Part shown: one piece after another, positions 52,339 to 62,683 of the stretch
How positions within the stretch are numbered: the first letter of the stretch is position 1
Layout: every line of letters begins with the position of its first letter
NCBI GenBank assembly: GCA_039797965.1
Contig: JBDKGX010000001.1
Span: 18,563 to 82,562 of the forward strand
Length of the DNA: 64,000 nt
From: Pseudomonadota bacterium
Lineage (GTDB): Bacteria; Pseudomonadota; Gammaproteobacteria; Thiotrichales; Thiotrichaceae
Direction of reading: 5' to 3'
Translations under genes and position numbers: made by a program
Notes under the pieces: generated by a model
What the model was told of the DNA's origin: nothing
What the model saw: the letters and a program-made list of their open reading frames with translations, nothing else
The model's database searches: none

Positions 52339-53853
52339 CTAGCTTAAAAAGGCATGATACGCAGGATTATTAGTTTCATCCCAATAATCATAGCCAAGGT
52401 TATCTAAGAACGTTTGAAACTCACTATGGTCTTGGTTAGGTACTTGAATACCCACTAAAACCCGCCCAAAATCAGAGCCGTGATTACGATAATGGAATAG
52501 GCTAATATTCCAGCCAGCACTCATGCTAGTTAAAAAGTGTAATAACGCTCCCGGACGCTCTGGGAACATAAAGCGATACAAGCGCTCATCTTTTAAACCT
52601 TGAGCATGACCCCCCACCATATAACGTAAATGGACTTTAGCCACTTCATTGTCTGTGAGGTCAATGACTTGTCCAAATTGAGTTTGGAGTTTATTAACCA
52701 GCTCACGACGCTCTTGTTTGCCACCTATTATTTTAACACCTGCAAATACTTGCGCTTGGCGAGCATCGGCATAACGGTAGTTAAATTCAGTGATAGCACG
52801 ATTAGCAATGGCTTCACAGAATTGCCTAAAACTACCGGGGCGCTCTGGAATAGTAACTGCCATGAGCATTTCACGCCCTTCACCCAGCTCAGCACGTTCT
52901 GCCACATGGCGTAGGCGATCAAAGCTAATATTAGCGCCACTACAAATAGCTACTAATTGCTGATCTTTGCATTGATTAGATTCAATGTACTTTTTTAAGG
53001 CCGCTACACTGAGTGCACCTGCTGGCTCTAGCACGGTACGGGTGGCTTCAAAGACATCTTTAATAGCCGCACACGTTTCATCAGTAGTGACTAATATTAC
53101 ATCATCAACAACTTCTTTCGCGATCTCGAAAGTTTGTGCGCCAATTAGTTTTACCGCAGCCCCATCGGCAAAAGTACCAATTTGATCCAGTTGTACTCGC
53201 TGCTTGGCTTGTAGGGCTGTGTAAAGAGTCGGGGCTTCTTCATGCTCAACCGCAATAATCTTAGTGTTAGGATACAAGTACTTAATATAACTACCCATAC
53301 CAGCCACTAACCCGCCGCCCCCTACGGTAATAAAGACCGCATCAATAGGATCGGGATGTTGACGCAGTACCTCCATCGCAACGGTACCTTGTCCTGCAAT
53401 CACGTCTAAATCATCAAAGGGATGTACAAAGGTCATCCCTTCAGTACGTTCTAATTCACGCGCGTGTGTATAGGCTTCATCAAAGTTATTACCATATAAA
53501 ACTGCGTTCCCCCCTAAAGCCTTAACATTATTAACTTTAATATCAGGGGTAATCTTGGGCATTACAATAGTCGTTTTAATACCTAATTTATTACCGGATA
53601 ACGCTACACCTTGGGCATGATTGCCAGCTGATGCAGTGACCACACCACGGGCGCGTTCTTCTGGGGTTAATTGGTAAATTTTGTTAAACGCCCCACGTAA
53701 TTTAAAAGAAAACACGGGCTGCAAATCTTCGCGCTTTAAATAAATGGCATTATTTAAACGTTGGCTGAGATTACGAGCATAATCGAGTGGAGTTTCAATC
53801 GCGACATCATAGACACGCGCTTTGAGTATGCGCTCTAACAGTGAGTTGTTCAT
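52339..53853 (-). CDS. ilvA: Biosynthetic threonine ammonia-lyase
   Basis: KREDLQPVFSFKLRGA, SAGNHAQG, two ACT-like domains (PERPG). Confidence 0.97.
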   Translation of the reverse strand: MNNSLLERILKARVYDVAIETPLDYARNLSQRLNNAIYLKREDLQPVFSFKLRGAFNKIYQLTPEERARGVVTASAGNHAQGVALSGNKLGIKTTIVMPKITPDIKVNNVKALGGNAVLYGNNFDEAYTHARELERTEGMTFVHPFDDLDVIAGQGTVAMEVLRQHPDPIDAVFITVGGGGLVAGMGSYIKYLYPNTKIIAVEHEEAPTLYTALQAKQRVQLDQIGTFADGAAVKLIGAQTFEIAKEVVDDVILVTTDETCAAIKDVFEATRTVLEPAGALSVAALKKYIESNQCKDQQLVAICSGANISFDRLRHVAERAELGEGREMLMAVTIPERPGSFRQFCEAIANRAITEFNYRYADARQAQVFAGVKIIGGKQERRELVNKLQTQFGQVIDLTDNEVAKVHLRYMVGGHAQGLKDERLYRFMFPERPGALLHFLTSMSAGWNISLFHYRNHGSDFGRVLVGIQVPNQDHSEFQTFLDNLGYDYWDETNNPAYHAFLS

Positions 53854-53961
53854 AACTATCGTAGCTAAGGTAAAGTAGCAAGGTAGTATAGGGCAAAGTA
53901 CTTCGAACTGATATCATCCAGCACTTGGTTTATTGCATTGAAGTGACAATAGGAACACGTT

Positions 53962-54618
53962 ATGACCCAAGATGAAATGAAAAAAGCAGTAGCTGAGGCT
54001 GCTTTAGAGTATATCGATTTTGAAATGATTGTAGGGGTGGGTACGGGCTCCACTGCTAATTATTTTATTGATGCCTTGGCACGTGTGAAGGGCAAAATTG
54101 ACGGCACAGTAGCCAGTTCAATCGCGACCGCTGAACGTTTAAAAAAGCATGGTATTCCTGTTTTAGAATTAAATGATGTGGGGCAATTAGCTATTTATGT
54201 AGATGGTGCTGATGAAGCCAATGAACATTTACACCTTATTAAAGGCGGCGGCGGTGCTTTAACACGGGAAAAAATCGTAGCAGGTGCCAGCGAAAAATTT
54301 ATTTGTATTGCTGATGAGTCTAAGTTAGTGCCTGTGCTAGGTAAATTTCCTTTGCCCGTCGAAGTTATTCCTATGGCACGTTCATTAGTGGGGCGTGAGC
54401 TAGTGAGACTAGGGGGGCAACCTGCGCTCCGTGCGGGCTTTACTACTGATAATGGTAATTTGATTCTGGATGTTAGTGGTTTGAGTATCATTAATCCGGT
54501 TGAGCTTGAGGCGCGAATTAACCAAATTCCAGGGGTGGTAACGGTTGGGATTTTTGCTAATCGTCCCGCCGATGTATTGATTCTTGGTAGTCAATCTGGA
54601 GTAAAAACGTATCAGTAA
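53962..54618 (+). CDS. rpiA: Ribose-5-phosphate isomerase A
   Basis: [25 protein letters not shown]. Confidence 0.97.
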   Translation: MTQDEMKKAVAEAALEYIDFEMIVGVGTGSTANYFIDALARVKGKIDGTVASSIATAERLKKHGIPVLELNDVGQLAIYVDGADEANEHLHLIKGGGGALTREKIVAGASEKFICIADESKLVPVLGKFPLPVEVIPMARSLVGRELVRLGGQPALRAGFTTDNGNLILDVSGLSIINPVELEARINQIPGVVTVGIFANRPADVLILGSQSGVKTYQ

Positions 54619-54626
54619 TGATACTA

Positions 54627-54656
54627 AGAGGATTATTTGTAAAATAATAATCCTCT
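54627..54656 (+). terminator. Terminator after rpiA
   Basis: agaggattatt / aataatcctct followed by actttt-like tail. Confidence 0.65.
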
Positions 54657-55023
54657 ACTTTGTGAGCCTATTTAATTTAAAAAGTACTTTTAAAATATTC
54701 CCCATTTAATACCTTAATCCATTAAAAGCCCTATCTCTTGTAAAAACTGAAGCCAGTATGAATTCCAATAACTTAAATGAAGCTTAGCTGAAGCACTTTC
54801 ATTTATAGAGTATTTTATTTTAAATTAATGAGTTATCGGCTAGAGGCTCTCAGGAGTTTTTAGTCACTTATTAGCGTCAAATAAACTATTTAACGATTAG
54901 TTTATTTTTTGTACAACAGTTTGGTCAGGCTTATATTGATGTTTGTGCATAGAGTCCTTACAATTCTCTTATCTAATACATAGATTAATATTAATAATAA
55001 TATACAACTCAGTAGGGCTATCT

Positions 55024-58000
55024 ATGCTGTTTGCTCTCCGGTACTTTATGGGGCGCTTTGTCTTCATCATGTGGGTCATGATGGGGTACTTTCCTACTAT
55101 TGCGGCTGCTAATGAAGTAGTAACTTTACAAGGCGAACTTAAAACCTTAACCAATTCTGTATCAACAATGGACTGGGTGGTTAGTTATAGAAATCAATCT
55201 AGTCAAACGTTAACTAATGTTGTACTGACTAATACTCTTACGGGCGGGCACGCGCTCATTTCAACTACTGTTCAGGCACCCTATGAATGGTCGGTTATGT
55301 ATTCAACCGATAACGGTAAAACGTATGGTTATGACAATGCAGTAGCAGGTATTAATGCCATTAAGTTTAGTAATCCTTATGTTTTGCCTAATGGTGAGGG
55401 AGAGGCTCATTTGATGCCTTTGCCACTCACTGGCGGGATTAAAATGGCTGGTGGAGGTGATGGCTTTGCTCCTATTTTAATGCCTAATGGGAAAGTAATA
55501 GGTGTTAATCACCATTTAGCTGATGCAGTAATATGGTGCTATGACATGAATGCCCGTAGTACTTGCCTTGGATATCCTAAAAAACTCGGTGCAGCGAATG
55601 GTGTTTCACCCATGATTGTTCGCAAAGGATTGCGACTCTATATCGGTGATGATTCTGGAGGGAGTACTTACGGGCAGGTAGGTAAGCTGTATTGTTGGGA
55701 TGCTGATGCGAATGTGTCTTGTGGTAGTAGCCCTGTAGTAGAAGGAGGGGGCTACACCGGTCCTGTAGACATTGATAACAAACTGTATGTCTGGACTCGT
55801 AACGGTAAAATTGATTGTTATGACCCACAATTAAACCTAAAACGCTGCGCGGGTTTTACACCGGTTGATATAGGCTTTGGAGCCTTAGATACCAAACCTT
55901 GGTGGGAAAATGGTAACGATTTATTAGAAATAAACGCTCGTCTTTATATTGCAAACTCTACTGGTAAATTAGCCTGCTTTGATCCTAGTACTCAAGCCAA
56001 ATGTTCTGATTGGAGCGTTAATCCTTTAATCACCAGTGCAGGCTATTCTGATATTTTTAAGCGTTTGAATGCTTCCGGTAAAACCACGGGACTGTGTGTA
56101 GCGGGATATAAAAAAGAGGGTTGGTGTTATGATTTTAATGGTGCTAATAAATCGGTAGTGGCGTTAGCTGCCGTTCATGCTGTGCAAGTAGGTGTGAACT
56201 CTCAAGGTGAGGTTTATCACGGTTCACGAGTACTTTTCCCTCAAATGTACCCTGACAATAGTTTAGGCTGTTGGGACTGGGCAACATCTGCTCCTTGTAC
56301 GGGGAGTTATATGAGTGGTGGTTTAATAGGCAAAAATATAGCAGGTTTACCCTATGGCTTAGCTATTGATGGTGTATGTGCTTATTCGTTTGGTGATGAA
56401 GGGGTTTTAATGTCTTGGGACATTGAGTCGGGTGCAAGCCCTTGCCAACGTACCTCAGGTTCTATGCAGGTTCGCCTTAAAAATTTGAGCTGCTCAGGTT
56501 CGCCCACTAATACGCGTTGGGATAAAGTCAAAATTTTAGACACTAATCTAGTATCAGGCACTGATTTTCGCTCTTTAAAAGTTAAAGTACTCAATGCAAC
56601 GACAGGCGCTGTACTGATTGATCAAACTGAAGCTATTAATACCAATGGCGAAATGGATATTTCGTTTATTCCAGCCAGCATTAAGGAGCTTGAGCTAATA
56701 GCTTATGGTGAACCCGTCGCTGATAATGCTTGGAAAGATGGCATACCACCCAAAGTGGCTCTCATGTATACCACAGATCAACAGCCGCAGTTTTGTTATA
56801 AGAGTACTTTGATTTGTCATACTAATAAGCAACCTGTGACTAATCAATTAGTGTCTAATTACGGTACCAGTATTACTAAGCAAATTGATGCCTGTAATTT
56901 GGCGCCCGTTATTAATGTCTTTAACAGTTTAGATTATTTATCTTCTCAAGAGGGGGTAGTCGTTGATGTTTACTCCACTGACGACAAAGATGCCGAGTCG
57001 AATGGTCTGACTTACACGTTATCAGGGCCCGATGCAGCCTTATTTAATATTAATGCAGATACAGGCGTTATTACCTTTAAAACCGCTCCTGACTACGCTA
57101 ATCCTTTAGATGCGGATAAAAATAACTTTTATCAGGTAGTGGTAAAAGTGGTAGATCGTGATGGTGCGATTACAACTCAAGACATTACGATTAAAGTAGA
57201 AAGTGATCTCGATGGAGATGGTATTAAGGACGATTTAGATTCTGATTTGGATGGTGATGGAGTACCCAATGATCAGGAGGGTGATGGGGATTTAGACGGT
57301 GATGGGATTCCCAGTATTCGAGATCCTAACGAAATACCAACCGCTTTAGTCGTGTTTAAAGTACTACTACAAGGTGCCTATGATCCTAATACAAAACTCA
57401 TGCGGGATGATTTGCGGCGTTTAGGATTGCTGCCCTTAGAGCAACCTTATGGTGCAATTGTGAATAGTATGTACGATGGAGTGGAGGTAATGGATCCTAG
57501 TTTACTCAAACGTACTGACGAAACTGCTCCCGTCGATTGGGTATTAATAGAGTTACGTAAAGCTGATGCACAAGCTTCGTTAGTCTCTCATCGTGCCGGC
57601 ATAGTATTGCGTAATGGTGATATTATTGATCCTATGTCGGGTAATAAAATTATGCGTATTACGCCGGTGCCGGCTGGCTATTATTACGTAGTCGTACGCC
57701 ATCGTAATCACGCTGCAATTGTGACTTTGCCACCTGTTTGGTTATCCTCCGCTATAACACCTCTAGATTTTACTCAGCCGGGGTCACTACTAAGTGGTGG
57801 TAGTTTGGCGCAAGTTATTCAGGATAATAAAAGTTTGATGTCTGCAGGGGATGGTACTCAAGATGGGCGTATTATAGTCAGTGGTCCTGGTAATGATGTT
57901 AATATTATTTTAGACCAAATTTTAAGAGAGCCTTCTAATCAAATAATTAATCTTAATTTTAAATTAAATGGTTATAATATTGCTGATTATGATCTAAATG

Positions 58001-58164
58001 GTAATGTTGTATTTTCAGGGCCTAGCAATGATACAAATACCTTAATGAATGCCATTATTAGCCACCAAGGTAACGTAAATAAAAATATGAATTACGTTAT
58101 TACTTCAGGTTTAAGAACATTATTAGATTCTCGTCCTTTATTACCGTATTCGTCGCAAAAGTAA
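55024..58164 (+). CDS. Large exported surface protein: Cys-paired repeat region, cadherin-like domain, DxDGDG Ca-binding repeats, C-terminal 'LLQGAY' module
   Basis: Signal-like N-terminus; LTYTLSGPDAALFNI...PDYANPLD cadherin signature; DLDGDG x3; start uncertain (54943-55048). Confidence 0.75.
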   Translation: MLFALRYFMGRFVFIMWVMMGYFPTIAAANEVVTLQGELKTLTNSVSTMDWVVSYRNQSSQTLTNVVLTNTLTGGHALISTTVQAPYEWSVMYSTDNGKTYGYDNAVAGINAIKFSNPYVLPNGEGEAHLMPLPLTGGIKMAGGGDGFAPILMPNGKVIGVNHHLADAVIWCYDMNARSTCLGYPKKLGAANGVSPMIVRKGLRLYIGDDSGGSTYGQVGKLYCWDADANVSCGSSPVVEGGGYTGPVDIDNKLYVWTRNGKIDCYDPQLNLKRCAGFTPVDIGFGALDTKPWWENGNDLLEINARLYIANSTGKLACFDPSTQAKCSDWSVNPLITSAGYSDIFKRLNASGKTTGLCVAGYKKEGWCYDFNGANKSVVALAAVHAVQVGVNSQGEVYHGSRVLFPQMYPDNSLGCWDWATSAPCTGSYMSGGLIGKNIAGLPYGLAIDGVCAYSFGDEGVLMSWDIESGASPCQRTSGSMQVRLKNLSCSGSPTNTRWDKVKILDTNLVSGTDFRSLKVKVLNATTGAVLIDQTEAINTNGEMDISFIPASIKELELIAYGEPVADNAWKDGIPPKVALMYTTDQQPQFCYKSTLICHTNKQPVTNQLVSNYGTSITKQIDACNLAPVINVFNSLDYLSSQEGVVVDVYSTDDKDAESNGLTYTLSGPDAALFNINADTGVITFKTAPDYANPLDADKNNFYQVVVKVVDRDGAITTQDITIKVESDLDGDGIKDDLDSDLDGDGVPNDQEGDGDLDGDGIPSIRDPNEIPTALVVFKVLLQGAYDPNTKLMRDDLRRLGLLPLEQPYGAIVNSMYDGVEVMDPSLLKRTDETAPVDWVLIELRKADAQASLVSHRAGIVLRNGDIIDPMSGNKIMRITPVPAGYYYVVVRHRNHAAIVTLPPVWLSSAITPLDFTQPGSLLSGGSLAQVIQDNKSLMSAGDGTQDGRIIVSGPGNDVNIILDQILREPSNQIINLNFKLNGYNIADYDLNGNVVFSGPSNDTNTLMNAIISHQGNVNKNMNYVITSGLRTLLDSRPLLPYSSQK

Positions 58165-59208
58165 TAAACCTAGTAGTAAAAAAACAATGACAGGAGTAGT
58201 AGCCGCTAATAAAGGGGGTAAACCATAAACAAGGCTGCTACTACCTGCAATGCGATTGAGTAGGTAAAATCCTAAGCCAATTAAAATGCCTATAAATACG
58301 CGTTGTCCAGTGCCAGCACTGCGTTGTGAGCCAAATACTAAGGGTGCAGCGAGTAGAATCATGACTAAAGTGGCTAATGGGCTCGTAAAGTGTGTCCAAT
58401 AGGCTAACTCATAAGGAGCGCTATTAAGTTCATTTTCTTGTTGATGTTTAATAAAATCAGCTAACTCTGTGGCTGCTAATTGCTGTGGACGCATAGCGGC
58501 TATCGCTAAGGTATCAGGTTCTATAAAATCAGTTACTTGACGCTGATTGGTGTGAGTATACTCAACCGTAGTAGATTGCAAAGTTTGAGTGTTAATATTA
58601 TTAAACTGCCATTGATTGTTTTGATATTTAGCCACTCCGATGGTTTCAATGTGATGTAATTTACCGTTGATTAAATCAATAGAGTAACGAGTAATACCTT
58701 CTAACTCAGTGGTAGACCATACCTGATTAATACGTACCATATTAGTACCTTGCTTAACCCAAACTCCTTTAGCATTAATTGAAATATTTTGTTTGAGTTG
58801 AGCGGATTTAAAATTTTGCGCAGCAGTATTAGCTTTTGGCGTGAGCCATTCCCCTAATGCGATAGCAATTATCACCAGTACTAAGCCTAATTTAAGCGTA
58901 GCTCCTACTATTTGCCCTATAGATAATCCAGCAGCACGCATAGCGGTTAATTCATTAGTAGTACTTAAACTACCTAGCCCTAATAAAGTACCAATTAAAG
59001 TAGCGGTGGGGAAAAACTCGTATAAGGTGGCGGGAATACCATAGGCCACGTAAATCAAGGCTTGTGCAGTACCATAACCCGTATTGGGATTAATATCCCC
59101 CAGCTCTCCCAAAAAAGCAAAAAAGGCAGCTAATAAAGTTAAAGCGATCCAAGTACCTAAAATGCTTAATGCCACGGTTTTCCAAATATAACGCTCTAAA
59201 ATTAGCAT
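58141..59208 (-). CDS. lptG: LPS export permease LptG
   Basis: MLILERYI, NELTAMRAAGLS, FGSQRS; ATG overlaps the lptF stop (TAATG). Confidence 0.9.
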   Translation of the reverse strand: MLILERYIWKTVALSILGTWIALTLLAAFFAFLGELGDINPNTGYGTAQALIYVAYGIPATLYEFFPTATLIGTLLGLGSLSTTNELTAMRAAGLSIGQIVGATLKLGLVLVIIAIALGEWLTPKANTAAQNFKSAQLKQNISINAKGVWVKQGTNMVRINQVWSTTELEGITRYSIDLINGKLHHIETIGVAKYQNNQWQFNNINTQTLQSTTVEYTHTNQRQVTDFIEPDTLAIAAMRPQQLAATELADFIKHQQENELNSAPYELAYWTHFTSPLATLVMILLAAPLVFGSQRSAGTGQRVFIGILIGLGFYLLNRIAGSSSLVYGLPPLLAATTPVIVFLLLGLLLLRRIR

Positions 59209-60272
59209 TAGCGTGGACTCCCGTAATAACGTTTTAATAAGATTAGACTTAATATAATCACCAAACCATGTATCCACCACATACCAATAGTTGCAGGCAT
59301 CGCATCACGCTCTAATAAACCTCGTACGGTTACTAATAGGTTCGCATAAACTAGATAAATCAAAATGACCCACATCACTTTGCCATAACGACCTTGGCGA
59401 GGTTTGGTATAGCTCATAGGGAACGCTAGAAAAGCCATCAAAGGAGCTGAAAAGATAATAGATAAGCGCCATTGTAATTCTGCTTGAGCCGCAGGCCCAC
59501 CAATAGCTAGCAACTCTAACGTCGGTGTGGATTGGATACTATTGGTAGAGGCAAAGCTTCGTAGAGGAATGCGAATGCCATGTTCACTAAAGCGTACTAC
59601 TGATAAGCCTTTGATGGGATCATTTTCATAACGATAGCCATCGTGAATTTCCAAAAAGCGTTCTTTATTTATTGTATCCACAAATAAAATCGCAGAGCGT
59701 GCCCAAATAATGGTTTCCTTAGTTTTATCTTGTAAACGTACAAAAAAACGCTCCATCACCGTGTTATCTTGGGTCAACGACTCTGCCAGAATCGTGTAGT
59801 TACGGTCACTACTACCAGAGCTAACAAACTCACCTGCCGGAATACCCGCCGCTTCAGGGCGTTGTTGAATTTCACGTTTTAATTCTTCATTTTTACTTTC
59901 AATAGTAGGGGATACGACTAAAACTAATGCAGCTAACACTAAAGTGAGAGGCAGGACAAAACTATAAATGGCTTTATAAAATTGTTTTGGTCCCATTCCA
60001 GCCGCCCGCATAGCCATAAGCTCGGAATCACCCGTGAGTCTCCCAAATGCCAACATCATGCCGATGAGTAGGGCGACAGGCATTAAACGAATCACATTTT
60101 TCAAAGAGCCGTACCATAGCAAACTACTCAGCAAATCAATGGGTAATTCACCAGCCGTGGCAGAGGAAAGAAGTTGTACAAATGTATTGCCCACAATAAT
60201 TAAAGTTAAAATCAGTAAGGTAGCGGCAAAGTTTTGTGCAATTTCTTTAACTAAATAGCGATTAATAATCAT
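59208..60272 (-). CDS. lptF: LPS export permease LptF
   Basis: MIINRYLVKE, DSELMAMRAAG, AELQWRLS, PRQGRY. Confidence 0.92.
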   Translation of the reverse strand: MIINRYLVKEIAQNFAATLLILTLIIVGNTFVQLLSSATAGELPIDLLSSLLWYGSLKNVIRLMPVALLIGMMLAFGRLTGDSELMAMRAAGMGPKQFYKAIYSFVLPLTLVLAALVLVVSPTIESKNEELKREIQQRPEAAGIPAGEFVSSGSSDRNYTILAESLTQDNTVMERFFVRLQDKTKETIIWARSAILFVDTINKERFLEIHDGYRYENDPIKGLSVVRFSEHGIRIPLRSFASTNSIQSTPTLELLAIGGPAAQAELQWRLSIIFSAPLMAFLAFPMSYTKPRQGRYGKVMWVILIYLVYANLLVTVRGLLERDAMPATIGMWWIHGLVIILSLILLKRYYGSPR

Positions 60273-60504
60273 ACAAAGCGCGATAGTTTTAAGTAGCTAA
60301 GTATTGTAACAGGTGTAGGGAAAGCAAGTCTTGTTACGGTAGTACTTAAAATTCGCCGCTCCATCGTGTGGATTTGGCTAATAAATTAAAGCAGGATTAA
60401 ATTCATTATATTAATTGGGGGTGAATCAGGAATACTAACCCTCCTATAACCCTTTGATACACCTCAATACCTCTGGATAGTGTACTGAGGTGTGGGTAAC
60501 AGAT

Positions 60505-61311
60505 ATGACGTTCACACGCTTTACAATGCCTCATCCTACCTTACAACGCTCTTTGGCTTGTTTGGTATTATCAACGGCTGGATTTTGGAGTACTCATACT
60601 CAAGCGGCTAATTCTGATTATGAGCGTGTTGCTCAAGTCAATAGTGAGGGGAGCTATGCTGATAGTACGGTTAGTAATGCAGCCGTTGATTATGTAGAGG
60701 AGGTTGCAGCTGAAACGGCACCTGCTCCTGTGCAGATAAATCCACAATACGGTCAACGTCTTATGGATACCATTCGCCAAGGTAATCTGAACCAAGCTAA
60801 ATGGTTATTAGCTAATGGCGCTGATCCTGAGTTTAAAGATGACCCTTCAGGAATGACGCCTATGCATTTAGCTGCCAAATCAGGTTGGGTGCAATTAGCT
60901 CAACTCTTACACGAAGCGGGGGGAGATTTCACCAAAACGGCGCCTAATGGTACTACCTATTTGCATATTGCCGCAGCTTCTAATCGTTTACCGATGGTGA
61001 AATACCTAGTGAGTTTAGGGTTAGATGTGAATGCTCTCACCAATAAGGGGTGGACACCTTTGCATCACGCTGCTCGGTTTGGGGCTTATGAGGTAAGTCA
61101 CTATTTGATTCAACAAGGTAGTGAAGCTAATCGTTATAACTCTGATGGGTTTACTGCTCAAGCCTTAGCCCAGCATCTCAATCATTACGAAACAGTAGCC
61201 TTATTAGAGGGAGTGACTCAGGTCGCCTCACGAGTAGCACCAAAAACCCAAATCGCTTCTAATCGTTCTGGTCGACGAACACTACGAGGATTTTTTGGGC
61301 TAAATGGTTAA
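60505..61311 (+). CDS. Exported ankyrin-repeat protein
   Basis: Signal-like segment ending TQA; GMTPMHLAA, GTTYLHIAA, GWTPLHHAA repeats. Confidence 0.85.
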   Translation: MTFTRFTMPHPTLQRSLACLVLSTAGFWSTHTQAANSDYERVAQVNSEGSYADSTVSNAAVDYVEEVAAETAPAPVQINPQYGQRLMDTIRQGNLNQAKWLLANGADPEFKDDPSGMTPMHLAAKSGWVQLAQLLHEAGGDFTKTAPNGTTYLHIAAASNRLPMVKYLVSLGLDVNALTNKGWTPLHHAARFGAYEVSHYLIQQGSEANRYNSDGFTAQALAQHLNHYETVALLEGVTQVASRVAPKTQIASNRSGRRTLRGFFGLNG

Positions 61312-61357
61312 GTATTCAAGTACTCGGTTCAGTGTTTAAAGAGTCGAGTACTTAGTC

Positions 61358-62527
61358 TTATTTATGTAGTTCAGTTGGCAAAAATAGCTCAATAGCATTA
61401 TTTAAAAACTGCCAACCCCACTCGCTGGGCTGAATCCAGTCTTCAGTAATGTGCAGCAACTGTTGCTGTTGTGCTTGTTTGAGTACTTCACTAATAAGTA
61501 TTTCACTGGCTCCCGTTCGTTCAGTAAATAAACTACGTTTAAACCCCTGCTTGAGTCGTAACGCATTCAGCATAAACTCAAAACCTAAATGCTCTGGTTC
61601 TAATACGGTGATTGAGTGGCGTAGAGGAGGGCTTTGAGTGCTTTGCATATACAGCTCAGGCTGGCGGGCTTTTTGATAGCGAGTAATCACTAATTGCCCG
61701 TTTTGATTGAGCTGCGAAAGCTTACCATGTGCTCCTGCTCCAATCCCTAGATAATCCCCAAACTCCCAATAATTACGATTATGGCGACATTGCTTGCTGG
61801 CTTGCGCGTAAGCGGATACTTCATATTGCTCAAACCCTGCTTGAGCGAGTACGAGTTGTCCGGCTTGAGCTATATCAGCACTTAAATCATCATCAGGCAA
61901 TTCTGGGGGGAATTTATGAAAGAGAGTATTAGGCTCAAGGGTTAATTGATACCACGATAAGTGACTAGGTTGTAATGCGATGGCTTGGTGAAGATCGGCG
62001 AGCGCTTGTTCTAATGTTTGATTAGGTAAGGCAAACATAAGGTCTAGATTAAAGTTATCAAATCCTGCTGCCTGAGCAATATGAGCTGCTTTGAGGGCTT
62101 CTGCTTGATTATGGATTCGACCCAGTACTTTGAGATGGATAGGGTCAAAACTTTGAATGCCTATTGATAAGCGATTAATACCTAACTCTCTATATTCCTT
62201 AAATTTAGCTTGTTCAAAAGTGCCCGGATTGGCTTCTAAAGTGATCTCAATCGAGGGGCGCATGGGGATAAGAGCACGAATACCTGACAGTAATTGCTCT
62301 AAAGCATTCGGACTAAATAAACTAGGTGTACCGCCACCAATAAAAATACTATCTAAACGTCTACCCCAAACACTAGGTAACTCTTGAGCTAAATCAGCTA
62401 GTAATGCATTAATGTAATGCGTTTCAGGTAGTTGATTGGGTACGGCGTGAGAGTTGAAGTCACAATAGGGACACTTGCGAATACACCAAGGAATATGAAT
62501 ATAAAGGGCTAGTGGGATGGCTTGCAT
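61358..62527 (-). CDS. hemW: Radical SAM heme chaperone
   Basis: YIHIPWCIRKCPYCDFN, GGGTPS, HNRNYW, YLGIGAGAHG. Confidence 0.93.
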   Translation of the reverse strand: MQAIPLALYIHIPWCIRKCPYCDFNSHAVPNQLPETHYINALLADLAQELPSVWGRRLDSIFIGGGTPSLFSPNALEQLLSGIRALIPMRPSIEITLEANPGTFEQAKFKEYRELGINRLSIGIQSFDPIHLKVLGRIHNQAEALKAAHIAQAAGFDNFNLDLMFALPNQTLEQALADLHQAIALQPSHLSWYQLTLEPNTLFHKFPPELPDDDLSADIAQAGQLVLAQAGFEQYEVSAYAQASKQCRHNRNYWEFGDYLGIGAGAHGKLSQLNQNGQLVITRYQKARQPELYMQSTQSPPLRHSITVLEPEHLGFEFMLNALRLKQGFKRSLFTERTGASEILISEVLKQAQQQQLLHITEDWIQPSEWGWQFLNNAIELFLPTELHK

Positions 62528-62611
62528 AGCCTGTTAAGTACTCAATAAAAACAAGTCAGAAGGCTAGCATGTTGAGTCATTAAAGAAAAATAGCAAATAT
62601 ATTTAAAAGAA

Positions 62612-62641
62612 ATCCCGCTATTATTTTAGTAATAGCGGGAT
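62612..62641 (-). terminator. Terminator after the repeat protein gene
   Basis: atcccgctatta / taatagcgggat followed by ttctttt on the minus strand. Confidence 0.8.
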
Positions 62642-62683
62642 ACTAACACTTAGAGGATCATAGTCTGTGTTAGGTTAAAACCA

